Shown piece by piece: positions 23,964-33,777 of a stretch of 63,180 bases of DNA. This DNA is from Oscillospiraceae bacterium (GTDB taxonomy: Bacteria > Bacillota > Clostridia > Oscillospirales > Oscillospiraceae): NCBI GenBank assembly GCA_031261585.1, contig JAISJJ010000126.1:1-63180 (forward strand), in the 5' to 3' direction. How positions within the stretch are numbered: position 1 is the first letter of the stretch; every line of letters begins with the position of its first letter. A model generated the notes under the pieces. That model had not been told where the DNA came from. It ran no database searches and saw only the letters and a program-made list of their open reading frames with translations. A program made the translations under genes and the position numbers.

Positions 23964-25253
23964 TCAGATATTTGCCGTCAGACCGAGGGTGAGGATACCG
24001 ATATTTTTCGCGAAAATTTCGGCGAATTGACCAATCGGAAGCGGGTTGGTGCCGTGACCGACCTCGACGGTGTAACCGGGGCGGTCGTACGTCTGAATAT
24101 ACCAGTCCTTGTAACCCGCGTAGGACGAATCGGGCGGCGTTATCTCGGCGGTATAGCCCGAAACCTCGGCGAACAGCTCGGCAATCTCACGCGAACGCGG
24201 CGGCTCCATGTCGAGATATTTCCAGTAGATGACCTCGCCCTGCGTGTGATACGACAGCGTGAGCTTGAAGTCGTGCCGCAGCGTCAGATCACGCACGGCG
24301 CGCGATTCGGGAGCCTGCAATGGTGCATCGCCCACGAAATCGCGCGGTGCGGGTTGCGTGAACCCCTGAGCGTACTTGATCTCACGCGCGCGCTCCCAGT
24401 TCGCGGGGTATTGGAGGTTTGTGTCGATGCCCTCGATGTTCGCTTTCCAGCCGCTCGGGAACGGTATCGCGGGGAAATTTTGCGCAATGCGTCTCGCGTC
24501 GTCGTACAGCGCGCCCGAGTTCAGCGCGCCCGTGACGAGCTCCACACCGTCGGGGTTAACGAGCGGCATCACGAACAGCCGTGACAGCGCGTACAGCGAT
24601 TTCGCGTCGATACCGTAGATCGCGCCGTCCGCCGCGTACGCCTTGGCGTATTCCTCAAGGAATTTGAGCAGCAGCGGTGTGGTGATCCACTCGTTGCCGT
24701 GGTGCGCCGCGTTGTAGAACACCTCGTGGGTGCTGCCCGCGCCGATCTCCGCGCACAGCAGATCATGACCCGCGACGGACTGCCCGACAGTGTTCCACGT
24801 CACGAACGGGTACCGCGCGGCGATACCGTCGGCAATTACGGCGACGGCGACCGCGCTGTAACGAATATTTGTCGCGGTGATGTCAAATGCTAACGGCACG
24901 GTTAGCGTACTGCCTATGTGCAGATTCTCGGGCGTGACGCGGGGGTTCGCGGTGGTGATCGCCTGCACCGTGGTGCCGTGTTCCACCGCGATTTTATAGA
25001 GCGTGTCGCCCGACGCGACAGTGTGCGTGACGTAGCCCGTGAGGTACGGCGTGAGCGCGCTCCACGTTTTCGCGCCGACGATACCGTCCTGCACAAGTCC
25101 GCGCGTCGCCTGAAATTTGCGCACCGACGACGCTGTGTCGGAGCCGAACACGCCGTCGACGGCGGTGGGGAAACCCGCGCGGGTGAGCGCGGTCTGTAAT
25201 AGGTCGGTCTGCGGTGTGCGGTCGCCCTGCCGCAGTGTGCGGAGTTTTTCCAT
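23964..25253 (-). CDS. PG-binding + LysM + M14 zinc carboxypeptidase (gamma-D-glutamyl-diamino-acid peptidase-like)
   Basis: LQTALTRAGFPTAVDGVFGSDTASSVRKFQ (PG_binding_1); HTVASGDTLYKIAVEHGTTVQAITTAN (LysM); AAHHGNEWIT..PLVNPDGVE (M14 zinc site). Confidence 0.85.
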   Translation of the reverse strand: MEKLRTLRQGDRTPQTDLLQTALTRAGFPTAVDGVFGSDTASSVRKFQATRGLVQDGIVGAKTWSALTPYLTGYVTHTVASGDTLYKIAVEHGTTVQAITTANPRVTPENLHIGSTLTVPLAFDITATNIRYSAVAVAVIADGIAARYPFVTWNTVGQSVAGHDLLCAEIGAGSTHEVFYNAAHHGNEWITTPLLLKFLEEYAKAYAADGAIYGIDAKSLYALSRLFVMPLVNPDGVELVTGALNSGALYDDARRIAQNFPAIPFPSGWKANIEGIDTNLQYPANWERAREIKYAQGFTQPAPRDFVGDAPLQAPESRAVRDLTLRHDFKLTLSYHTQGEVIYWKYLDMEPPRSREIAELFAEVSGYTAEITPPDSSYAGYKDWYIQTYDRPGYTVEVGHGTNPLPIGQFAEIFAKNIGILTLGLTANI

Positions 25254-25443
25254 GTTATCTGCCTTTCGATATAGAGAATGGAGTCTATAAAGAAAGCTAT
25301 GAAAAACGGCGCGGGCGTATGTGTGGTGAACCAGTCCTATTTTACGGAATTAACGACAAAATGTTACACGCAAAGTTCGGATAATCGCGGGCATAATGAC
25401 TATTGCCTGATGAATCGCGTCATGGCGGAAAGAGGAAAGACGT

Positions 25444-26517
25444 ATGGTAAAACAGAAACGCGCGTCGAGCTGCGGACTCGGCGCGAGAGATAAGCGTAAT
25501 CGCGTGACGCGGCAGGCGGTATCGCTGCTGCTCGCGCTGGTTTTTATATGCACGGCGGGCTTCGGAGCCATGGCGGTTCACGCGGAGAACCTCGTACCCG
25601 TCGGGCGTACCGTCGGTATCAGTCTCGAATCTGACGGTGTCGTCGTGGTCGGCGTACCCGAGAAATGTTCCGACGATATGACGGCTTCCCCCGCGCGCGC
25701 GGCGGGATTCAAAGCGGGCGACATCATTGTACGCCTTGGCGCGAACATTGTCAAGACCTGCCTTGATTTGAAGGATGCCACAACGCGAAACGGGGACACA
25801 AAAGTCGCCGTACACGTACTGCGCGGCGGGGTTGCGCGCCAGCTTGAAATAACGCCCGTAAAGACCGCGAACGGTGAGTTCAGTCTCGGCGTCTGGGTGC
25901 GCGACGGCATATCGGGTATCGGCACCGTGACATTCTATAACCCCGAGACGGGACAATTCGGCGCGCTCGGACACTCGGTGTCGGATTCGGAGACGGGGGT
26001 GCTGATCCCCGTGCGCTCGGGTTCGATCTCGCGCGCGTCGGTCAGCGATGTCGCAAAAGGTAAGACGGGCGCGCCGGGACAACTCCACGGGCAATTCAGC
26101 TTTGACGACAAGCTCGGCGAGGTCTTGAACAACACGCAGCACGGCATATTCGGCACGGCGCGGGGCGCGTTCGACGACGGACCCGTATTTGAGACGGCGA
26201 CGGAGAGCGAAATCCACACGGGCGACGCGTACATCCTCTCAAACGTCGCGGGTACGGAGGTGCGCCGATACACAATCGAGGTCACGCGCGTATATAAGGG
26301 CGGCGAGTCGGACGAGCGGTCGATGCTCGTCACCGTCACCGACCCCGAACTGATCGAGGCGACGGGCGGTATCGTTCAGGGCATGAGCGGCAGTCCGATC
26401 ATTCAGGACGGCAAGATTATCGGCGCGGTCACGCACGTGCTGATCAACGACCCGACGAAGGGTTACGCCACGTCGATAGAGAAGATGCTCGCGTCGGCGG
26501 TCGGCATCAACGCGTAG
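25444..26517 (+). CDS. spoIVB: SpoIVB signalling serine peptidase (S55)
   Basis: TM anchor, PDZ (AGFKAGDIIVRLG), GIGTVTFYNPETGQFGALGH, GAPG and GMSGSPIIQDGKIIGAVTHVLINDPTKGYA. Its stop overlaps the convergent NTPase gene by 11 nt. Confidence 0.9.
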   Translation: MVKQKRASSCGLGARDKRNRVTRQAVSLLLALVFICTAGFGAMAVHAENLVPVGRTVGISLESDGVVVVGVPEKCSDDMTASPARAAGFKAGDIIVRLGANIVKTCLDLKDATTRNGDTKVAVHVLRGGVARQLEITPVKTANGEFSLGVWVRDGISGIGTVTFYNPETGQFGALGHSVSDSETGVLIPVRSGSISRASVSDVAKGKTGAPGQLHGQFSFDDKLGEVLNNTQHGIFGTARGAFDDGPVFETATESEIHTGDAYILSNVAGTEVRRYTIEVTRVYKGGESDERSMLVTVTDPELIEATGGIVQGMSGSPIIQDGKIIGAVTHVLINDPTKGYATSIEKMLASAVGINA

Positions 26518-27031
26518 CGTTCAACGCGAACCGCTCACGCAACAGTTTCGGCACCTCGTCGCGGTTGTCCGCCGTGACGGTGATCACCTCGACCTGAGCG
26601 TGCGCGCGCACCGCGTCGAGGAACGGCGCGTTGCGCAGTTTGACCACGCCGTACACAGGCACGTCGCCGTCAAGCAGACGCAAAACCGCCGCTTTGAACA
26701 GCGGGGCGCGTTCCTCCATGGTGCCGAGCTCGTCCATCAAAATGAGTTCGCGTTTGCCCGAGTTCAGCAGCACCTCGGTGCCGAAACCGTCGAACACCTC
26801 GGCGTAAATTTCAAGATCGTCGCCGATTACGCGCGCGCAGGGGACATTCTCCCACTCCTCGCGCGCAATCCGCGAATCCGCGCGGTACATACTCAAAACG
26901 CGGTCGCCCTCACGCCTGTCGTACGCGGTGACGATGCCGTCGTAGTCCGCTCCGTACTCGCGCAGAAATTTATTCAGGGCGGTGGATTTGCCGATGCCGA
27001 TCTCGCCCGTCAAAAACACGTGTTTTGCCAT
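26507..27031 (-). CDS. P-loop nucleoside-triphosphatase (THEP1/NTPase_1-like)
   Basis: Track ORF 26507-27190 over-extends. ATG 27031: MAKHVFLTGEIGIGKST.., Walker B LILMDELG. Confidence 0.75.
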   Translation of the reverse strand: MAKHVFLTGEIGIGKSTALNKFLREYGADYDGIVTAYDRREGDRVLSMYRADSRIAREEWENVPCARVIGDDLEIYAEVFDGFGTEVLLNSGKRELILMDELGTMEERAPLFKAAVLRLLDGDVPVYGVVKLRNAPFLDAVRAHAQVEVITVTADNRDEVPKLLRERFALNATR

Positions 27032-27039
27032 CGCGCAAC

Positions 27040-28005
27040 CTACATTTCTACATATTTGCCCGTCTGCGACACGTCGTACGCGCCGATTGCCGCGATATCC
27101 TCGCGGAAAGCGTCCGAACCCGCGTAGTCGAGCATGACGCGCATCATCGGACGCTGCGCGTCGGACAGGCGGAACACAAAATCGTACCATTCGAGTTGCA
27201 GCGGCACAAAATCAACACCGACAGCCGTGCGCGACGCGCTCTCGCACCCGAATCCCACGTCAGCCGCACCTTTTGCGACGGCACCGACGACGGCGAGGTG
27301 TGATGTCTCCTCGCGCTCGTAGCCCGCGATTGCGGACGGCTCAATGCCGAGTTGCCGCAGTTTTTGGTCGAGCAGAATACGCGTGCCGCTGCCGCGCTCA
27401 CGCGTGACGACGGTCACGTCGGGATTGGTGAGATCGCTCCACTGCGCGATGTTTTTCGGGTTGCCCGCGCGGACGAACAGCCCCTGTTGCCGCCCCACGA
27501 GCCGCAGTACGCCGACGGGAACGCCCGGCAACAACCGTTTTATGTACGGCGTGTTGTAGGTGTCCGTCTCCGCGTCCCACATGTTCGCGGCGGACGCGGT
27601 GGTGCGCCCCGTGTACATCGCGACAAGCCCGTTGTAGCTGCCGAGATAACTGCGCAACAGCGTCGGCGAACCGCGTCTCCGTGCGGACGCCGCCTTCGCG
27701 AACAGCAGTTCAAGGCACGGGTCCTGACCCGCGACGATGATCGTGTCGCGCGCGTCGCGCCGAAACGACGTGCGGTTCACGTCGGCGGGCGGTTCGGGTC
27801 GCGACTCCTGACGCGCCTCGGCACCTGCGGGCAGACTGCCGACTTTTTTCGAGCCGATATACGCGTCGAGGTCAGCCTGCGCCACGCGCACCTGCTTGCC
27901 GACCTTGGACGACGGCAGTTCACCGCGCCGAATCAGCGCGTAAACGGTCGTACGGTTGAGATTGAGCCGCTCGGCTATCTCGGCGGGGGAGAGAAATTCA
28001 CTCAA
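27040..28005 (-). CDS. transcriptional regulator: excisionase/MerR-like HTH + PBP-like (oxyanion-type) ligand-binding domain
   Basis: TTG start overlapping the DUF364 stop (ATTGA). LSPAEIAERLNLNRTTVYALIRRGELPSSKVGKQVRV, then a ~230-aa periplasmic-binding-protein-like domain (..VVTRERGSGTRILLDQKL..). Confidence 0.8.
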   Translation of the reverse strand: MSEFLSPAEIAERLNLNRTTVYALIRRGELPSSKVGKQVRVAQADLDAYIGSKKVGSLPAGAEARQESRPEPPADVNRTSFRRDARDTIIVAGQDPCLELLFAKAASARRRGSPTLLRSYLGSYNGLVAMYTGRTTASAANMWDAETDTYNTPYIKRLLPGVPVGVLRLVGRQQGLFVRAGNPKNIAQWSDLTNPDVTVVTRERGSGTRILLDQKLRQLGIEPSAIAGYEREETSHLAVVGAVAKGAADVGFGCESASRTAVGVDFVPLQLEWYDFVFRLSDAQRPMMRVMLDYAGSDAFREDIAAIGAYDVSQTGKYVEM

Positions 28006-28775
28006 TGCGCAGCACCTAAATCAACTTTCCGCAGATTTACCTTTTGTCCGACGGCGTGCATCTTGCCGCCGCTGCCGAGGGAGATATCGCGCGCGGCGTT
28101 GCCGTCACGCACGGCGAAACCCGCGATATCGTCGATGCCGAACGCGTGCAGAATCGGCGTGACGGGGCAGGCGGGACCGACGAGCGTCACATGCGCGTTT
28201 TTCGAGAGTTCCAGAAAACGCGGCAGCGACTTCTCGACGAGGGTATACGTGGAGATCAGCACAAAATCGCTCACGGGCAACAGATAATCCGCCGCCTGTT
28301 CGGGATAATCGCCGTCTTTCGGGTTGAATTTCTCGATGATCGAGCAGTTCGACACGGGGGTGAAGAGCTGGTCGATGTACGGAAAATGCCCGATGACCGT
28401 GACGTTTTTGTCACGCACCTCGCGCTGCAACTGGATAAACGGGTCGTTCGCGCGATCCTCGTACCCCTTGTGTTCCGCGATGTTCAGACCGAGCGCGCGC
28501 AGTTTGTCGAGGTCGTTGTAGTAAGCGTTGATAGCCGCGAGAGCCAGTTCCGCCTCGACGAAATCCCACGATTTGATGCACTCCGCGAGCTCGCGCAACG
28601 GCATACCGATGTGCTTGTGCGGCAGCATGGCAGAACGCCACGTGTCCTCCATCGAGCTGCAAATCCCGACGCCGTTACCCGAGCGCACATACGCGTGGTT
28701 CGCGCCGAGAATATAGTCGTCGGCAAGCGCGTTCTCGTCGATGCCGTCAAGCAGCGCGTCATACAGTTCCCACAT
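28002..28775 (-). CDS. DUF4213/DUF364 protein (Rossmann-like, putative metal-chelation domain)
   Basis: MWELYDALLDGI..ILGANHAYVRSGNGVGICSS..ELALAAINAYYN..VTVIGHFPYI..VLISTYTLVEKSLPRFL..VTLVGPACP is the typical family layout (recollection). Confidence 0.8.
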   Translation of the reverse strand: MWELYDALLDGIDENALADDYILGANHAYVRSGNGVGICSSMEDTWRSAMLPHKHIGMPLRELAECIKSWDFVEAELALAAINAYYNDLDKLRALGLNIAEHKGYEDRANDPFIQLQREVRDKNVTVIGHFPYIDQLFTPVSNCSIIEKFNPKDGDYPEQAADYLLPVSDFVLISTYTLVEKSLPRFLELSKNAHVTLVGPACPVTPILHAFGIDDIAGFAVRDGNAARDISLGSGGKMHAVGQKVNLRKVDLGAAH

Positions 28776-28833
28776 AGATTAAGTCTCCTGTTCTGCAACA
28801 ATTTTCGGGGTTTTGCGCACGTTTCGCGGTTTG

Positions 28834-28967
28834 TGTAGGGATCGATTGGGCGATTGATAATCGCCCCTGCGGTTCTGCCCCGCAACCCACGTCCAACCCC
28901 ACCCCCTTTCGGAAAGGGGGTGCCGACCGCAGTCGGCGGGGGTTTGTTCCCTCGTCCAACTCTCGTC
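28834..28967. repeat. mosaic repeat inserted inside the metal operon
   Basis: GGGCGATTGATAATCGCCC hairpin, CCCCCTTTCGGAAAGGGGG palindrome, GCCGACCGCAGTCGGCGG palindrome, ggtttgttccctcgtcc tail. The same modules occur at 10229-10280 and 45750-45805. Confidence 0.85.
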
Positions 28968-28978
28968 GCGTGCGGTAT

Positions 28979-29980
28979 CTATTCCAGCCGTTCCCCCGAG
29001 CGCAATTTCGCCCTTGCGTCAGATAACTGCCTGTCAATCCGCTCAAATTCCGCCGCGGCTTCACGTTCACGCGGCGAGGTCTCGATGACGCGGAAGATAC
29101 CGCCGTTTTTGATCACAATGCGCCTGTCCGCACCGAGCGCGAGCAGGGGGTCGTGCGTCGAGATCAGCACAATCTTCTCGCGTTTTGCCAGAATCGCGAC
29201 GGCGGCGCGGCGGTCAACACCCGCGTTCTCAATCTCGTCGATCAGCACGATCGGGCTTTGCGAGATGAACGCGCAATCTGCTATCATCAGCGCGCGGGAC
29301 TGACCGCCCGACAACTGCGTGACCTTTGTGTCGCTGCCGAACGACTCGCCCGCGAGCGAATTTGCGCACTCAAAGCACTCGCGCAACACGGTCTCGTCTG
29401 TCTCGATACTGCGCGACCGCGCGTGCATCTCGAGAAACTCCATGACGGACAGATCCATGACGAAATTCATGTTCTGCGACAACTGCGCGACGAGTTTGCC
29501 CTCGAGCGTGAATCGCTCGTCCTCGGGCACGGCGGCACCGTCGATCAGCACGCGCCGAGCCGTCGGCGTGTCGCCCTGCGCCAGACACTCAATGTCGGCG
29601 AGCAGGCGCGATTTGCCGCTGCCCGTGGGTCCGACGATGCTCACGACGCTGCCGGGGAGAATGTCGAGCGTGATATCCTCGGGCGCGCCGTTCTTGTCCG
29701 TGCCGCCGATGATGGTCAGGCAACCGATACTCCGCGCGGGTTCCGATTCGGTCATCGTGCCGAGAAACGACGCGAGTTGGTCGGCGATCTCCTGCCGCGT
29801 GATGCCAAATTCGTCGAGCCATTGCGCGTCCACGTCCATAAGCGCGTCCGGCAGGGGTTGCGATTCGTCGAGCGGAGGGATATTCAGATTCTCGAAAAAG
29901 TCCTGCGCGACGGGATATCTTTCACGCAGTTCCGACAGCGGAACGGTGTAGATTAAATCGTAAAAATCCGTGTTATTCAA
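28979..29980 (-). CDS. soluble ABC-type ATPase with a ~100-aa N-terminal extension (no membrane domain)
   Basis: TTG start. GPTGSGKSRLL (Walker A), LSGGQSRALMIA (signature), IVLIDEIENAGVD (Walker B), STHD (H-loop). Confidence 0.8.
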   Translation of the reverse strand: MNNTDFYDLIYTVPLSELRERYPVAQDFFENLNIPPLDESQPLPDALMDVDAQWLDEFGITRQEIADQLASFLGTMTESEPARSIGCLTIIGGTDKNGAPEDITLDILPGSVVSIVGPTGSGKSRLLADIECLAQGDTPTARRVLIDGAAVPEDERFTLEGKLVAQLSQNMNFVMDLSVMEFLEMHARSRSIETDETVLRECFECANSLAGESFGSDTKVTQLSGGQSRALMIADCAFISQSPIVLIDEIENAGVDRRAAVAILAKREKIVLISTHDPLLALGADRRIVIKNGGIFRVIETSPREREAAAEFERIDRQLSDARAKLRSGERLE

Positions 29981-29989
29981 GTCAACGTC

Positions 29990-30670
29990 CTATATATCGT
30001 ATTCTATATGCCGCATCATGCCCATCTGGTAGCCCTCGCCTATGCGCGTCTCGCCCGTGCAGTAGGCGCAGGCGGCGGCGGGGGTCGTGAAACGCAGACG
30101 CGTGTCGGTCAATGTCGTGATCGTGTGCGCGCTCTCCGCGACTTTGCCGAGCATGAACGCGCCCTGACCCGTTATACCGTTCACAAACAGGATTTTCGCG
30201 TCGCCGTTCGCCTGTTTCACGCTCCAAGAGAACACCTCGCGCTCCGCCTGAGACACGATATCGCCCTTGGTGACGACGACGACGTCCGCGAATTTCAGCA
30301 TCGGACCGATCTTGCGCGGTGTGTGTACACCCGACAGACAGTCAATCACGCACACGGACAGTACGCCAGAGATGTGCGGACTGCAACGGTTGCACAGCCC
30401 AGCGGACTCGGTAACGAGATAGTCGAGATCGCGGCGCAGACCCCACAGGACACCGCCCTCGACGTTGTTTACAAAGAAATGGTCGGGGCAGAACTTGCCT
30501 GAAAACCCGACTTGAACGGGGACATTTGCGGCGTCATACCGCGCCTTGTCGAAGCTCGTGAGGCAGTCGAACTTGACCACCCCGAGTTTGCCGCCGAGAC
30601 TCTCGGCAAGGCGCAGTATAACGGACGTTTTCCCCGATGACGGCGGTCCCGCCACGGTGATGAGTTTCAT
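29990..30670 (-). CDS. G3E-family P-loop GTPase (HypB/UreG/CobW-like metallochaperone)
   Basis: VAGPPSSGKTS (G1), LVTESAGLCNRCSPH (ExxG + Cys pair), VVTKGD (NKxD-like), and a C-terminal CAYCTGE motif. The ATG abuts the SBP stop (TAAATG). Confidence 0.8.
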   Translation of the reverse strand: MKLITVAGPPSSGKTSVILRLAESLGGKLGVVKFDCLTSFDKARYDAANVPVQVGFSGKFCPDHFFVNNVEGGVLWGLRRDLDYLVTESAGLCNRCSPHISGVLSVCVIDCLSGVHTPRKIGPMLKFADVVVVTKGDIVSQAEREVFSWSVKQANGDAKILFVNGITGQGAFMLGKVAESAHTITTLTDTRLRFTTPAAACAYCTGETRIGEGYQMGMMRHIEYDI

Positions 30671-31840
30671 TTAGTGTGCTTGTGCGGGGATAAAGGAGTT
30701 CGCTGTCAGCGCGTGATAACCCTCATCGGAGAGGTCGTAGCCGTAGAACAGCTCATAGTAATCCGTGATCTCGGCTTGCAGGTCAAAGCTCACATAGTCG
30801 GGGTACAGCACGTTGAGCAGCAGCAGCACGCTCAGGTAACGCTGAATCGACGGGGGACCGCCGAACCAGTTGTACGGACCCTGCGGGATTTCAAAGTAGT
30901 TGCCGCTCTTAACAGCGTCGAGATCAGCCCACAGCGGGTCTGTCGCGACCTCGGCGTAGTAGCTGTTCGGCGCGAAGATGATGTATTCGGGGTTCCAGAG
31001 GTAGATCTGTTCGAGGTCTGTCTCGTTGCCGCTGCCCTTGGACGACGGCGATTCGACGACTGCGATATTGTTCGTGAGATAGTCGAGAACCTCGGCGTGG
31101 AACGAGGTGAACGGTATCACGTTTGTGCCGAGATCGCCCGTGAGGTACAGCACGTCGACCTTGTTGTCGCCGATAGCGGTGACTGCGGTGTCGGCGAGTT
31201 CCAGCACGTGTTCGATGTACAGCGCGAGTTCTTCGCCACGCGCTTCACGGTTGAGGATTTTGCCGAGTTCGCGGAACGCGTTCGCCGCGCCCTGTTTGCC
31301 GTCCTCTTGACGGAGGAACGCCGTGATGTGGATTGTCGGGATATTTACCGCGTTCTGGATATTGTCCATGTCCTCGGCTATCGTCTTTTTCGGCTCGCCG
31401 AGGTCGATGATGATCTGCGGGTCAATCGCGGCGAGTTCTTCGAGGTTCAGATCGTCCGAACCGTAGAACTGACCGACTTCGGGCAGGTCATTAAGGTATG
31501 ACGGCAGATATTTTGCGTTGTCGCCCTTGTACGGCGACGCGATTGTGACCATCAGGTCGGGGGCAATCGCCACGAGGAACATCTGGGCGAGCGCGCCAGA
31601 CGCTGAGATGCGCGTGATCTTGCCGGGCAGGGTCACTTCACGACCCGCCGAGTCGGTGTAAACCCAATCGGCAGCGGGTTCGGGCGGATCTTCGGACGGG
31701 TTCTCAGACGGTTGCTCCGACGGCGAGACGTCGGGCGTGGGCGACGCTGCGGGGTCTTTCGCGGGGCTGCACCCTGCGAACAGGGACATCGCGAGGACGA
31801 GCGCGAGCAGTAATGCGAGCAGTTTCTTCGTGTTTTTCAT
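30671..31840 (-). CDS. ABC substrate-binding lipoprotein, cluster-A/FecB-BtuF type
   Basis: Lipobox LFAGC. Pro/Glu/Ser-rich linker. Class III PBP body typical of siderophore/haem/cobalamin binders. Confidence 0.85.
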   Translation of the reverse strand: MKNTKKLLALLLALVLAMSLFAGCSPAKDPAASPTPDVSPSEQPSENPSEDPPEPAADWVYTDSAGREVTLPGKITRISASGALAQMFLVAIAPDLMVTIASPYKGDNAKYLPSYLNDLPEVGQFYGSDDLNLEELAAIDPQIIIDLGEPKKTIAEDMDNIQNAVNIPTIHITAFLRQEDGKQGAANAFRELGKILNREARGEELALYIEHVLELADTAVTAIGDNKVDVLYLTGDLGTNVIPFTSFHAEVLDYLTNNIAVVESPSSKGSGNETDLEQIYLWNPEYIIFAPNSYYAEVATDPLWADLDAVKSGNYFEIPQGPYNWFGGPPSIQRYLSVLLLLNVLYPDYVSFDLQAEITDYYELFYGYDLSDEGYHALTANSFIPAQAH

Positions 31841-31909
31841 GGTACTCCCTTTTCGTTTTTATTTGTGTATCGCGTATTTCAGAAAGCGGTTGTAATCCGC
31901 TATTGCTGA

Positions 31910-32683
31910 CTAAAATATCGGCTGCACCGACGTAACACCGTCGACGTGGCGCAGTTTTGCGCGTATGCCGTACAGAGCTTCGATCATAGGCTCGTCGAGC
32001 GTCTCGTCGGGCGTTCCGAACGCGGCGACGGCACCGTCGACCATCGCGAGCACCTGATCCGCGAACATGAACGCGTGGTCGGGGTTGTGCGTACTCTGCA
32101 CGACGGTCAGACCCTCGCGCGCGAGGTCGCGCACCTGTTTCAGCACGCGCAGACCGTTGCCGTAGTCGAGACTGGCGGTCGGCTCGTCCATGATGACGAC
32201 GCTCGCCTGCTGCGCCAACGCGCGCGCGATCAGCGTCAGTTGCCGCTCACCGCCCGATATGCGCAGATACCCGCGATCACGCAGATGCAGTATGCCGACG
32301 CGTTCGAGAGACTGCTCCGTCACCGCGATCTGCGCCTCACGCGGCGAGTTGAGCAGTCCGACGCGCGCCGTGGTACCCATCAGCACCATGTCGAACACGC
32401 TGTAATTGAACGACGGCGAGTGCGACTGCGGCACGTACGCGATCTGTTGCGCGAGTTGGCGCGGAGAGATGCTGCGTATCGGCTTGCCGCCGAGCGTAAT
32501 CTCGCCGCGATACCGCGTCTCCAATCCGAGCATACAGCGGAACAGCGTACTCTTGCCCACGCCGTTCGGACCCAGTACCGCGAGCATCTGCCCGACGGGT
32601 GCGTCAAAGCTCACGTCGCGCAGGACATCGTGCGTACCGTACGAGAACGACAGGTTGCGCACGGACAGCATATTTTCGCTCAT
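31910..32683 (-). CDS. ABC transporter ATP-binding protein (FecE/BtuD type)
   Basis: GPNGVGKST, ISGGERQLTLIARAL, VVIMDEPTASLD. Confidence 0.9.
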   Translation of the reverse strand: MSENMLSVRNLSFSYGTHDVLRDVSFDAPVGQMLAVLGPNGVGKSTLFRCMLGLETRYRGEITLGGKPIRSISPRQLAQQIAYVPQSHSPSFNYSVFDMVLMGTTARVGLLNSPREAQIAVTEQSLERVGILHLRDRGYLRISGGERQLTLIARALAQQASVVIMDEPTASLDYGNGLRVLKQVRDLAREGLTVVQSTHNPDHAFMFADQVLAMVDGAVAAFGTPDETLDEPMIEALYGIRAKLRHVDGVTSVQPIF

Positions 32684-33777
32684 ATCTCCTCACGCTCCCG
32701 TGTGATCATCCAGATGAAGAACGGCGCGCCGATGATCGCGGTCAGTATGCCTATCGGTATCTCCGTAGGCAGGAGGTTGCGCGAGAAGTTGTCGACAATC
32801 AGCAGGAACAGCGCGCCGCCGACCATCGATGCGGGCATCAGATGGCGGTAGTTACTGCCGACGAGCCTCCGCATCAAATGCGGCACGACGAGACCGACCC
32901 AGCCGATAAGTCCCGATATGGACACGCTCGCCGCCGTAACGAGCGTCGCGCAGACGATCACGAGAAACCGCACTTTTCCGACGGACACGCCCATCGTGCG
33001 CGCCTCGTCGTCGGACAGCGTGAGCAGATTTATGCGCCAGCGTATCAGCAGCAGGGGTATCAGCCCGACGAGCATCGGGATAATCGCGAGTTTTACGCTC
33101 GCTATGCGCGTTTTTGCGAGCGAACCCATCATCCAGTACGTTATCTCGGGCAGAATATTGTTCGGGTCGGCGACGAGTTTGATGAACGACGTGACGGCGT
33201 TGCACAGCGACGACACCATTATGCCCGCGAGAATGATGCGCAAAACCTGACTGCCGCGCGCGACGCGTGAGATGAGCATCACGAGCGTGATTGTGATTAA
33301 ACTCGCACCGAACGCGAACAGCATGACCATGCGCGAGCCGAGTTGCAGCAGTATCGCGAGTGCGGCACCCATCGCGGCACCCGCCGACGCGCCGAGTATG
33401 TCGGGCGACGCCATGGGGTTCTGAAAAACGCCCTGATACGCGGCTCCCGCCGACGACAGACAGCACCCGACGAGACACGACAGGACGATGCGCGGGAACC
33501 GCACGTTCCACAGTATCGCGTTCGTCGTCGCGGACACCTCGGGTATGTTGATCTGCTGCTTGAATATCGGGATCAGCGCGCGGTTCAGCAACCCCGCGAG
33601 TTTCGCCCACACCGCCGCGAGCAGTTCGGGCGGCTTGATCGGGTATCGCCCGATCGCGAACGAGACGAACAGAGCGGCGATGACGAGCGCGCCGATAACG
33701 GCGATGACAAGCGAGTGCGCGCGGTTTTTCGACCGCTCAATCGCGTTTTGTTCAGCTTTTATTCCGCGCACCGTCAT
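32680..33777 (-). CDS. FecCD/BtuC-family ABC permease
   Basis: 365 aa, 9-10 TM; RFPRIVLSCLVG, GASAGAAMGAAL, GIPFFIW-like C-terminus. 4-nt overlaps on both sides. Confidence 0.9.
   Translation of the reverse strand: MTVRGIKAEQNAIERSKNRAHSLVIAVIGALVIAALFVSFAIGRYPIKPPELLAAVWAKLAGLLNRALIPIFKQQINIPEVSATTNAILWNVRFPRIVLSCLVGCCLSSAGAAYQGVFQNPMASPDILGASAGAAMGAALAILLQLGSRMVMLFAFGASLITITLVMLISRVARGSQVLRIILAGIMVSSLCNAVTSFIKLVADPNNILPEITYWMMGSLAKTRIASVKLAIIPMLVGLIPLLLIRWRINLLTLSDDEARTMGVSVGKVRFLVIVCATLVTAASVSISGLIGWVGLVVPHLMRRLVGSNYRHLMPASMVGGALFLLIVDNFSRNLLPTEIPIGILTAIIGAPFFIWMITREREEI

Noticed and set aside
23789-23992. 67-aa ORF upstream of spo0A.
   Set aside because: No RBS. It lies in the spo0A promoter region and runs into the end of the M14 peptidase gene on the opposite strand.
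25278-25493. 71-aa ORF in the M14-peptidase/spoIVB divergent region.
   Set aside because: Weak RBS. It overlaps the spoIVB start out of frame. The composition is unlike a real protein, and the region is more likely promoter DNA.
26507-26517. 11-nt overlap of the convergent spoIVB and NTPase stop regions as a possible antisense-regulation feature.
   Set aside because: The overlap is real in the sequence, but short 3' overlaps of convergent genes are common in compact genomes. There is no additional structure to suggest regulation.
31841-31909. Possible regulatory hairpin or internal promoter in the 69-nt gap between the FecE-type ATPase and SBP genes (AGCGG-ttgtaat-CCGCT).
   Set aside because: The stem is only 5 bp and there is no recognisable -35/-10 pair or U-run. 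This is insufficient evidence.
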